Under the pieces are notes generated by a model, which was not told the origin of the DNA, did not search any database, and was given only the letters and a program-made list of their open reading frames with translations. A program made the position numbers and the translations under genes. Shown piece after piece: positions 16,154 to 24,141 of a DNA stretch of 32,000 nucleotides. The DNA is from Pedobacter sp. ok626. GTDB taxonomy: Bacteria; Bacteroidota; Bacteroidia; Sphingobacteriales; Sphingobacteriaceae. Location: NCBI RefSeq assembly GCF_900100435.1, contig NZ_FNEX01000007.1, positions 21,503 to 53,502 of the forward strand, read 5' to 3'. Each line of letters opens with the position of its first letter. Position 1 is the first letter of the stretch.

Positions 16154-19100
16154 TTAAAAAGTCAATTGAACACCTGCTAACAACCTCTTGTTTTGTGGAT
16201 ACAACATGCGGTCTACTCCAGTATCCAGCGCGCTAAATGTTCCAACTTCTGGATCCAAGCCGGTGTATTTGGTAAAGGTTACCAGATTCTGACCGCTTAG
16301 ATAAATCCTCAATTTCGAGAACTTCATTTTCTTTAATACATCGTTTGGTAAGGTATAGCCCAGCTGAACTAGTTTTAATCTTAAATAAGCACCATTTTCA
16401 AGAAATCTCGTCGACTCTCTGGTATTCAAATTTGGATCGCCAAGTACCGCCCGTGGCATCGATGTGTTGGTATTTTGGGGAGTCCAGGCTGTTAAAGTAT
16501 TGGCCAGGAAATTTCTTCCCGCATCCATTCCTTCGAGCTCAAAACGATTTCCATTGTAAATTTTATTGCCACCTACACCTTGCCAGAAAAGTGACAAGTC
16601 GAAGTTTTTAAAGCTTACACCAATATTTAAACCGTATTCATATTTGGCAAAGCCTGAGCCCTGATAAGTTTTATCTTTCTCATTTATTACGCCATCGTTG
16701 TTGGTATCTCTAAAACGAACGTCACCGGCAACAGCATCAGGCTGTAAAGGATCTCCCGCAGCATTCTTATAATTTGCCGCTTCTGCATCCGATTGAAACA
16801 ATCCATTAGCTTCATACAAATAGAAAGCTCCGATCTCTCTACCCACAGTAGTTTGAGTAGGAATATGATCTGTGCCGAACCTTAGACCTGTACCAAACAA
16901 TACCTGATCTGGATTGGCCAGGCTAATTACTTTATTTTTTAATAAACTGAAGGTACCGCCTAAATCAAAGTGCCAGTCGTTTTTAGTAAACTGGTAATTC
17001 GTTTCCAGTTCAAGCCCCTTATTAGAAATCTTTCCCACGTTTAAAATTGGATCCAGCAAACCCGCTGAAGGCGGAACTTCTTTTGTGATTAATAAACCAT
17101 CGGTAATGTTATCATAGTAGTTTATCGACCCTTTTAATGAATTATTGAACAATCCGAAATCCAAACCTAAGTTTTTCGACTTCAGCGTTTCCCATTGCAA
17201 ATCACGATTTAACAGTGAGTAGCTTGCTGATCCAGGCCATGGCGTAGAACCTGAGCCTTGCACATAACCGCCAGACCAGTTGTTAACCGTTGTGATTAAT
17301 GCCTGATGGTCATAATATCCCAGTGCACCTTCGTTGCCCAACTCTCCGTAACTTGCTCTTAATTTTAAATTGCTTAACCAGCTTACATCTTGTAAGAAAG
17401 CTTCTTTGTTGATGTTCCATCCTAAAGCGACAGAAGGGAAAACACCGTAACGTCTATCCTCCCCAAAGATTGAAGAACCATCGCGACGTACAGATACCTG
17501 CAACAGGTATTTATTATCATAAGCATAGTTTAATCGCGCCAGCGTTGATAAACGCACGTATTTATTGTTTGATCCTGCGGCATTAAATGTTCCGCCAATA
17601 CCTGCTGTAATGGTGTTAAAATCAGGATTACTAAAGCCTGCAGGCACTTCAGTCTCTACAATATTGCCATTTACAACTGTCCGCACAATGGTCTTCCCAT
17701 CGACCGTTGCACTTAAAAAACGATTGGTTTTCTCCTGTGCAGTATAACCAACTACCAATTTGAAACTGTGTTTATCAATATCCAGATCGTAATTCAATAG
17801 ATGCTCCATCAGGCGCTCCTTGTAATTTGAGGTACGGTTAAATACTCTTGGAAAAGACACCAGTGGATCATTAGCATTTGCCCTGAATGAAGGACTATGC
17901 TCATAATCATCCGTTTGTGCATTGATATAACTCAAATTGGCTGTATAGCTTAATCCTTTATACAGCTTAAGATTCAATTTTACATTTCCTGCAAGGTATT
18001 TTGTTTTTGAATTCGCATCCCGAAAATGATCGATACCGATCGGATTTTGGAATTTAGGCAATCCATCTACGGTTAAGGCATATCCGTATTGCTCCTTGTT
18101 ATCGAAGACCGGAAGTAAGGGTGATTGGAAATAACTATCCTTTACATCGAATTTCGCCGCCTCCGAAACAGTTTCAGTATACACAATATTACTGCTTACA
18201 TTAAGTATACCCTTAGTGAAATCATTTCTTGATTTTATTGATTTCTTATTGAATTTAGAGCCAATAAAAGTTCCCTTGTCATCTGTTAAATCACCACTTA
18301 ATGCATAGGTCAGGTAATCACTTCCACCGCTTAATCCTATGTTATAATTCTGCGAAATACCTCTTCTATTGATCAGATCCTGCCAATCGGTATTGACGCC
18401 AGTGTTTTTTGTTAAATAGGCAGGAAGGTTGGCAGGCAATACACCCGCATTGGTATACATTTGAGTATGCACTTTTTTATAACCATCGGCATCCAGGAAT
18501 TTATATTTTTCTGTTGGCGTAATGGTACTGTAAAAACCAGAGAAATCAATTATAGGTGCTCCTTTTTTTCCTTTCTTAGTGGTAATCAGAATTACACCGT
18601 TGGCACTATTTGATCCATAAATAGATGCAGCAGCACCATCTTTTAAGACTTCTACTGAGGCCACATCATTGCTGCTCAAGTAGTATGGATCTCCTGGCAC
18701 ACCATCAATGATATATAGTGGCTGGTGCATACCAAATGTACCAATACCTCTTAAACGCACATCCGAAGCTTGACCTGGGTTACCACCTGGGCTACTTACT
18801 GATAGCCCGGCCACCCTTCCTTGTAAAGCATTCACAGGATTATTAGCGGCAACCTTGTCTAAAGTCTCACCACTTACCGAACTTACGGCACTGGTCAAAT
18901 TGCTTCTTTTTTGCGTACCATATCCAATCACCACCACTTCGTTCAATCCCGTCATATCCATCACCATCTTTACTGTGATCTCTTTTCCACCAACAACGGT
19001 CACTTCCTGAGTTTTAAAACTCACCGCCGAAAAAACTAGAATATCGTTAGCTGAAGCTCGGATAGCGAAATGCCCCGCGGCATCTGACACTGTTCCTGTA

Positions 19101-19261
19101 GTAGTCCCTTTTACTTTAATGCTGATACCGGCTACCGGCTGGTCAATCTCATTTAGCACCTGCCCTTTTACAAGGTTGTTCTGAGCAAAAGTTTCGCCTG
19201 TGACGAATAACAGGAGTAGTCCAAAAAGAAAATGAATTGGCCATCGTAAATTTTTAATCAT
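16154..19261 (-). CDS. SusC/RagA-family TonB-dependent transporter (CarboxypepD_reg-like N-terminal extension, no STN domain)
   Basis: 1035 aa with a signal peptide. VKGQVLNEIDQPVAGISIKVKGTTTGTVSDAAGHFAI is the CarboxypepD_reg-like domain. EVVVIGYGTQKRSNLTSAVSSV is the SusC TonB-box region. The plug is AASIYGSNSANGVILITTKKG. The barrel ends in ...AGVQLTF. Confidence 0.93.
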   Translation of the reverse strand: MIKNLRWPIHFLFGLLLLFVTGETFAQNNLVKGQVLNEIDQPVAGISIKVKGTTTGTVSDAAGHFAIRASANDILVFSAVSFKTQEVTVVGGKEITVKMVMDMTGLNEVVVIGYGTQKRSNLTSAVSSVSGETLDKVAANNPVNALQGRVAGLSVSSPGGNPGQASDVRLRGIGTFGMHQPLYIIDGVPGDPYYLSSNDVASVEVLKDGAAASIYGSNSANGVILITTKKGKKGAPIIDFSGFYSTITPTEKYKFLDADGYKKVHTQMYTNAGVLPANLPAYLTKNTGVNTDWQDLINRRGISQNYNIGLSGGSDYLTYALSGDLTDDKGTFIGSKFNKKSIKSRNDFTKGILNVSSNIVYTETVSEAAKFDVKDSYFQSPLLPVFDNKEQYGYALTVDGLPKFQNPIGIDHFRDANSKTKYLAGNVKLNLKLYKGLSYTANLSYINAQTDDYEHSPSFRANANDPLVSFPRVFNRTSNYKERLMEHLLNYDLDIDKHSFKLVVGYTAQEKTNRFLSATVDGKTIVRTVVNGNIVETEVPAGFSNPDFNTITAGIGGTFNAAGSNNKYVRLSTLARLNYAYDNKYLLQVSVRRDGSSIFGEDRRYGVFPSVALGWNINKEAFLQDVSWLSNLKLRASYGELGNEGALGYYDHQALITTVNNWSGGYVQGSGSTPWPGSASYSLLNRDLQWETLKSKNLGLDFGLFNNSLKGSINYYDNITDGLLITKEVPPSAGLLDPILNVGKISNKGLELETNYQFTKNDWHFDLGGTFSLLKNKVISLANPDQVLFGTGLRFGTDHIPTQTTVGREIGAFYLYEANGLFQSDAEAANYKNAAGDPLQPDAVAGDVRFRDTNNDGVINEKDKTYQGSGFAKYEYGLNIGVSFKNFDLSLFWQGVGGNKIYNGNRFELEGMDAGRNFLANTLTAWTPQNTNTSMPRAVLGDPNLNTRESTRFLENGAYLRLKLVQLGYTLPNDVLKKMKFSKLRIYLSGQNLVTFTKYTGLDPEVGTFSALDTGVDRMLYPQNKRLLAGVQLTF

Positions 19262-19288
19262 AATATTTGGTTTTAAGGTTGATCTAAT

Positions 19289-19308
19289 GCCGGACCTTCT
19301 GATCCGGC
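19289..19308 (-). promoter_or_regulatory. 5'-leader hairpin upstream of the SusC gene
   Basis: GCCGGA (19289..19294) and TCCGGC (19303..19308) form a perfect 6-bp GC-rich stem with an 8-nt loop. It lies 28-47 nt upstream of the SusC ATG and just downstream of the candidate -7 box. Confidence 0.3.
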
Positions 19309-19320
19309 TGATTGGTTACT

Positions 19321-19328
19321 CAAACCTA
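19321..19328 (-). promoter_or_regulatory. Candidate Bacteroidota -7 promoter element (TAnnTTTG) for the SusC operon
   Basis: The minus strand reads TAGGTTTG (plus strand CAAACCTA at 19321..19328), about 60 nt upstream of the SusC ATG. The region expected for -33 is T-rich (CGTTTTTTACC), but there is no exact TTTG at canonical spacing. Confidence 0.3.
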
Positions 19329-19440
19329 AATATTAACTGAGGTAAAAAACGATTTTCAGCACCCCTACATCATACACAATTCACCACTACACGACCTCTA
19401 CAAGCTGCGTTAAAGCGCATTAAAATGCGTTTTAGTAGAT

Positions 19441-21048
19441 TTAGAAAGATTTCAGAAAATCATTCAAGCTGTCATTGGTTGACAATCCAAAATGTTTCCT
19501 CAACCGGTATCTTGCCATCTCTACAGACTTAACTGAAATGTTGTTTAGGGAAGCTATCTCTTTAATAGAAAGATTGAGTCTGATCTGTGCGCACAACCTT
19601 CGCTCATTTTGGGTAAGCGTAGGGAATTTTTGTTGCAGATTGTAAAAGAAGTCCTGGTATTTGGCTTCAATCTGTAAGTTGAAATCTTCAATATATTTTT
19701 CGCTATTTACGTCGTAGCGAAACTTATTAACCAGCTTATGAAGTCGCTGCATGGCATCTTCGCCTCCGCTCTTTTCAAGAACGGTTAATTCTTCCATAAA
19801 ATTACCGATCACTTCATTTCGATGAGACATGTACATAGAGTAGTTTTTGAGCTCAACATTATTAAATTCAAGCTTATTGCTAAGGAGTTGCTGCTTCACT
19901 TCGGCCAACTCTGTTTTTTTCCGTTGCCTATTTCGTAGTTTATTGTAAATTAATAAGCCTATAATGATCAGCAGCACGACTATGATAGCCAAGGTATTCC
20001 GCTGATATGATTTTAAGCTCTTTTCGAGATTTAGTGCCTTAATTTGTCGCTCCTTTTCTTGAGCTTCCCGCTTCATCGTCAGTGTTAACAAAGCATTAAC
20101 CTTGTTTTGAGATAAAAATTCTTCACGGATGGTATTGTATTTCTGGATGCACTCGTAAGCATTCTTATAATCACCGGTAAGCTGGTACAGTTGAGAAAAG
20201 ATCTTATAATAGTCGAGCAATTTTTCCTTTTTAGAATTGGAGGTAGATTTCTCTATGTAAACAAATGCCTTGTCCAGGGCTTGCTTAGCGTCCTGATAGC
20301 GTCCAAGCTTAACTAAAGAGAAGGCCATTTGATTGTTTATTTCTGCAAGTGAAAGAACCTGACCTGGTGAGTATTCGAGCGCCAACTGGAAATAAAGTAT
20401 TGCTTGCTTATAATCCCCGGTATTATTGCTACTTATTCCAAGATTATTATAGGCAGCACTAATTAAAGCCTTATTATTGAACTTTTTTGCATGTACCAAT
20501 ACCTGTTTAAAATAAACGACGGCTTCCCTAAACTCATTTTTCAACTGATAAATTAGGCCAATTGCATTCAAAGAGACGGCGGCTTTTTGTTTGTTCCCGG
20601 CCTTTTCATACAAATTGTAAGCCATCGTATGATATTTAAGGGCAAGCTCTGCATTTTCGACATCATAATATATCCAGCCTAACAGCGTGTAAGTAGCTCC
20701 AATTTGTTCGGGGCTTCCCTTTTCTTTATAAATCTCTAGTGCATTAAATCCATATTCAAGGGCCAGATCATAAATATCATTGTACAAATATCCCTCAGCA
20801 AGAATCACTAGAGCATCAGCCTGTTGTGACTTTAATCTATTCTCATAAGCCAGCAGATAAGCTTTATAGGCATAAGCAATTGCCTGATTTGTAGCATCAC
20901 TGTTTAACTCCTTAGCTTTTTTATTTAAAACACCAATTCTCTCAACTATAGAATCTTGTACCAATATGTGATCGGATCCGGCGGCGGAGTTGATACCACA
21001 GATTGCACAAAGAAAGAAGAGGGCTATAAAACAATTTATTCTCGGCAT
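19441..21048 (-). CDS. Membrane-anchored one-component regulator: signal peptide, extracytoplasmic TPR repeats, a single TM helix and a cytoplasmic LuxR/GerE-type HTH
   Basis: 535 aa. The N-terminal signal peptide is FIALFFLCAICGINSAAG. There are multiple TPR-like units (ALEYGFNALEIYKEKG, ALKYHTMAYNLYEKAGNKQKA, AVVYFKQVLVHA, AILYFQLALEY, AKQALDKAFVY). The TM helix is TLAIIVVLLIIIGLLIYNKL. The C-terminus reads LTQNERRLCAQIRLNLSIKEIASLNNISVKSVEMARYRLRKHFGL (GerE-type HTH). It lies directly upstream of, and co-directional with, the SusC/D-GH operon. Confidence 0.78.
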   Translation of the reverse strand: MPRINCFIALFFLCAICGINSAAGSDHILVQDSIVERIGVLNKKAKELNSDATNQAIAYAYKAYLLAYENRLKSQQADALVILAEGYLYNDIYDLALEYGFNALEIYKEKGSPEQIGATYTLLGWIYYDVENAELALKYHTMAYNLYEKAGNKQKAAVSLNAIGLIYQLKNEFREAVVYFKQVLVHAKKFNNKALISAAYNNLGISSNNTGDYKQAILYFQLALEYSPGQVLSLAEINNQMAFSLVKLGRYQDAKQALDKAFVYIEKSTSNSKKEKLLDYYKIFSQLYQLTGDYKNAYECIQKYNTIREEFLSQNKVNALLTLTMKREAQEKERQIKALNLEKSLKSYQRNTLAIIVVLLIIIGLLIYNKLRNRQRKKTELAEVKQQLLSNKLEFNNVELKNYSMYMSHRNEVIGNFMEELTVLEKSGGEDAMQRLHKLVNKFRYDVNSEKYIEDFNLQIEAKYQDFFYNLQQKFPTLTQNERRLCAQIRLNLSIKEIASLNNISVKSVEMARYRLRKHFGLSTNDSLNDFLKSF

Positions 21049-21148
21049 TGATCCTTATTTTTTCTTTCTTAAAACGAAATTACAATATAGACAAAATAGG
21101 TATTCAATCTTTTATTTCTCTTAATATTGCAGGAACAAATAAAGAATT

Positions 21149-21895
21149 ATGGATTTTTACGGATACGTCAATACAGCTCAATTAGATCTACCTGAAAATG
21201 CTCCAACAGGTTACCCTTTTGATATTCCGACCATACGAAATTTCAAAAAAATGACTTTTCACCCAAAAGTGACCTATTTAATCGGTGAAAATGGAATGGG
21301 CAAGTCAACTTTATTGGAAGCAATAGCAGTTAATTTAGGATTTAATGCAGAAGGTGGTAGTAAAAACTTCAACTTTGATACGCAAGCTACCCATTCCAAC
21401 TTACATAATTATTTGAGAATTTCTAAGGGTGTTCACAAGATGCGGGACGGCTTCTTTTTGAGAAGTGAGAGTTTTTACAATTTGGCTTCTGAGATCGATT
21501 CAAGGGATTCAGAACCAGGAGGAGGAGGACGTATCATCGATTCTTATGGAGGCAAATCTTTGCATCAGCAATCTCACGGAGAGTCTTTCTGGGCGCTATT
21601 TATGAATCGTTTTGGTGGCTCTGGACTTTATATTTTAGACGAACCGGAGTCTGCATTGTCCATTACACGTCAAATGGCAATGCTGGCACAAATGGACAAG
21701 TTAGTTAATCAACGTTCTCAATTTATCATTACCACGCACTCCCCGATTATATTAGCCTATCCAGACGCCACTATTTACCAGATGACGCCGGAAGGGATAA
21801 ATAAAGTGAAGTATAAGGAGACGGACACTTACCAACTATATAAGGGCTTTCTAGATAACCCTGAGCAAATGACATCAATCTTATTGAGTGATTAA
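21149..21895 (+). CDS. Stand-alone ABC/SMC-type P-loop ATPase with no transmembrane or effector domain
   Basis: 248 aa. Walker A is GENGMGKST. The signature-like motif is QQSHGES. Walker B with D-loop is LYILDEPESALS. The H-loop is ITTHSP. It resembles the small 'predicted ATPase' family (I recall it as COG3910 / AAA_21-like; unverified). Confidence 0.75.
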   Translation: MDFYGYVNTAQLDLPENAPTGYPFDIPTIRNFKKMTFHPKVTYLIGENGMGKSTLLEAIAVNLGFNAEGGSKNFNFDTQATHSNLHNYLRISKGVHKMRDGFFLRSESFYNLASEIDSRDSEPGGGGRIIDSYGGKSLHQQSHGESFWALFMNRFGGSGLYILDEPESALSITRQMAMLAQMDKLVNQRSQFIITTHSPIILAYPDATIYQMTPEGINKVKYKETDTYQLYKGFLDNPEQMTSILLSD

Positions 21896-21979
21896 TCCTA
21901 CACGAATCTTTTTCTTAGCTTAATTGCTGGTCTATTATTTATTGTGTATTTTGTTGAATAGTGCTATTTTAATGATATA

Positions 21980-22561
21980 ATGCAGAACAAAGAAATAGAA
22001 ACCTTTTGTCCAGCCAGCAAGGAAGAGTGGAGACAGTGGTTAAAAGAGAATCACAGTTCGAGCCAGTCTGTTTGGCTTGTCCAGTATAAACAAAACTCGA
22101 CCAAACCGAGTATGAGCTGGAGCGACTCAGTGAACGAAGCGCTTTGCTTTGGCTGGATTGATAGTACAAGAAAAACAATTGATGAGGAAAGCTTCGCACA
22201 ATTCTTCTGTAAGCGGAAGCCAACCAGCAATTGGTCAAAGATCAACAAAGCAAAAGTTCAGCGCTTAATAGAAGAAGGATTGATGGCAGAAGCCGGTTTT
22301 AAAAGCATTGAAATAGCAAAGAAAAACGGCTCATGGTCCATTCTGGATGATGTTGAAGAATTGATCATACCGAAAGATCTGGAGATAGCATTCCAATCAC
22401 AGTCTGGTGCAGAGGACTTTTTCAACAGTCTGAGCAAGTCTGTTAAAAAGATGATACTGCAATGGCTTATTCTTGCCAAACGACCAGAGACCAGACAAAA
22501 AAGAATTGCGGAAACAGCAGAACTCGCAGCTCAAAAACTAAAGCCGAAACAGTTTAGATAA
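21980..22561 (+). CDS. YdeI/OmpD-associated (OmdA) family protein
   Basis: 193 aa. The pattern EEWRQWLKENH...VWLVQYKQNS...WSDSVNEALCFGWIDSTRKTIDEESFAQFFCKRKPTSNWSKINKAKVQRLIEEGLM..AG...IEIAKKNGSW matches my memory of the YdeI/OmdA family consensus. Confidence 0.7.
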   Translation: MQNKEIETFCPASKEEWRQWLKENHSSSQSVWLVQYKQNSTKPSMSWSDSVNEALCFGWIDSTRKTIDEESFAQFFCKRKPTSNWSKINKAKVQRLIEEGLMAEAGFKSIEIAKKNGSWSILDDVEELIIPKDLEIAFQSQSGAEDFFNSLSKSVKKMILQWLILAKRPETRQKRIAETAELAAQKLKPKQFR

Positions 22562-22651
22562 AGGAAAAAGCAAAATATTCAATATAAGTTCCCACTTTTG
22601 TTGAAATTTTGAGCGATGCTCAGATTGTAATTTGAATAAACACCATAAATA

Positions 22652-24094
22652 TTGAAACAAGCTAGCGAAAAGCCTGAAGATCACAAACTCAAAAGAGGTT
22701 TACAAAACAGGCATATTCAATTAATTGCCCTTGGCGGAGCCATAGGAACAGGATTATTTTTAGGCATTGGTCCGGCAGCTGTATTGGCTGGTCCTTCTGT
22801 AATTTTAGGCTATGCACTAGCCGGTATTATTGCCTTTTTTATTATGCGTCAGTTAGGCGAAATGGTGGTTGAAGAACCTGTTTCGGGTAGTTTTAGTCAC
22901 TTTGCCAATAAGTACTGGGGATCTTTTGCCGGTTTTGCTTCTGGCTGGAACTATTGGGTGCTGTATATCCTGGTAAGTATGTCGGAATTGACTGCCATAG
23001 GCATTTACGTGCATTTCTGGTGGCCGGAAATTCCACTATGGTCATCGAGTCTTTTCTTTTTTATAGCTATCAATGCCTTAAACCTCACGTCTGTAAAGGT
23101 ATATGGTGAGGTAGAATTCTGGTTTTCCATCATCAAGGTCGTAGCCATTATTGCCATGATCATTTTTGGCATTTATTTGCTTTTTAGTGGTAGCGGAGGC
23201 GAACAGGCCAGCATTCAAAATTTATGGAACGATGGTGGCTTTTTTGCAAAGGGCTTATTTAGTGCAGATGGCAAAGGGGGCTTTCAGGGATTGTTTGCCG
23301 CCATTGCATTAATCATGTTCTCATTTGGTGGACTGGAATTAATTGGAATAACAGCTGCAGAGGCAGAGCAGCCTGAAAAAACAATTCCTAAGGCTACCAA
23401 TCAGGTAATTTACCGGATTCTGATTTTTTATGTAGGTGCGCTTGTCATCCTATTTTCATTATCCCCATGGAAAAACATTACGACCGATAGCAGTCCGTTT
23501 GTGATGGTTTTTGAAAGCTTAAAAGGCTTTCAGTTCACCCTTATGGGCAAAACCATCTACTTTACAAGTTTGATTGCTAATGCGCTTAATGTTATTGTAT
23601 TGACAGCGGCTTTATCTGTCTATAACAGTTGCGTTTACAGTAACAGTAGAATGTTGTTTGGCTTGGCTGAACAAGGAAATGCTCCTTCTTTCTTATCGAA
23701 GCTGAACAAAAACTCGGTTCCTATAAATGCAATTCTAATTTCTAGCTTATTTGCAGCAATATGTATTATCGTTAACAAGCTAATGCCGGAGAAGGCATTG
23801 GAGATTTTAATGTCGCTGGTCGTATCCTCGCTAATTATCAATTGGCTGATGATCAGCATTACCCATTTGAAATTTAGAAGGAGTAAAGAAACAGCTCAGG
23901 TAAAAACCAAATTCCCTTCTTTTATCTATCCGCTATCGAACTATATATGCCTGATATTTCTATTAGGTATTTTGGTAATTATGTGGATAACGGGGTTAAA
24001 AATTTCGGTCGAGTTGATTCCAGGATGGATTCTATTACTGTATGTTTGCTATCTGTTGGTGAGAAAAAATAAAGCAAAAGAAACCATCTCATAA
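22652..24094 (+). CDS. APC-superfamily amino-acid permease (AAT family, CycA/AroP/AnsP-like)
   Basis: 480 aa with about 12 predicted TM helices. The N-terminus LKRGLQNRHIQLIALGGAIGTGLFLG is the AAT-family signature. Collinear matches to E. coli CycA as I recall it include GEVEFWFSIIKV, NLWNDGGFF, ELIGITAAEAEQPEKTIPKA and SNSRMLFGLAEQGNAP. The start codon is TTG at 22652. There is no in-frame ATG until well inside the conserved region. Confidence 0.9.
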   Translation: MKQASEKPEDHKLKRGLQNRHIQLIALGGAIGTGLFLGIGPAAVLAGPSVILGYALAGIIAFFIMRQLGEMVVEEPVSGSFSHFANKYWGSFAGFASGWNYWVLYILVSMSELTAIGIYVHFWWPEIPLWSSSLFFFIAINALNLTSVKVYGEVEFWFSIIKVVAIIAMIIFGIYLLFSGSGGEQASIQNLWNDGGFFAKGLFSADGKGGFQGLFAAIALIMFSFGGLELIGITAAEAEQPEKTIPKATNQVIYRILIFYVGALVILFSLSPWKNITTDSSPFVMVFESLKGFQFTLMGKTIYFTSLIANALNVIVLTAALSVYNSCVYSNSRMLFGLAEQGNAPSFLSKLNKNSVPINAILISSLFAAICIIVNKLMPEKALEILMSLVVSSLIINWLMISITHLKFRRSKETAQVKTKFPSFIYPLSNYICLIFLLGILVIMWITGLKISVELIPGWILLLYVCYLLVRKNKAKETIS

Positions 24095-24118
24095 TTCACT
24101 TATGAGACGGTTTCTTTT
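24076..24118. terminator. Bidirectional rho-independent terminator between the convergent permease and SusD genes
   Basis: GAAACCATCTCATAA (24080..24094, including the permease TAA stop) pairs with TTATGAGACGGTTTC (24100..24114). This is a 15-bp stem with one mismatch and a TTCAC loop. It is flanked by AAAA (24076..24079) and TTTT (24115..24118), so a U-tract follows the hairpin in either orientation. Confidence 0.7.
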
Positions 24119-24141
24119 GGCTGTGATTACCAAATATTAAA

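Noticed and set aside
19414-19432. A hairpin after the regulator stop codon (CGCAT-TTTA-ATGCG on the minus strand) could be a terminator.
   Set aside because: It has only a 5-bp stem with a short interrupted T-tract (CTTTAACG). That is too weak to call, and read-through from the regulator gene into SusC cannot be excluded.
21149-21895. The stand-alone ABC-type ATPase could be the core of a phage-defence system (Gabija, Septu or AbiE-like).
   Set aside because: It is too short to contain an effector domain. There is no adjacent nuclease, HNH, TOPRIM or toxin gene, and the neighbour is a YdeI-family protein. There are no flanking mobile-element signatures. The evidence is insufficient.
22562-22651. 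A possible riboswitch or leader upstream of the amino-acid permease.
   Set aside because: Only about 90 nt are available, with a single 5-bp hairpin (TGAGC-GAT-GCTCA). That is too short and unstructured for lysine, glycine or other known amino-acid riboswitch classes.
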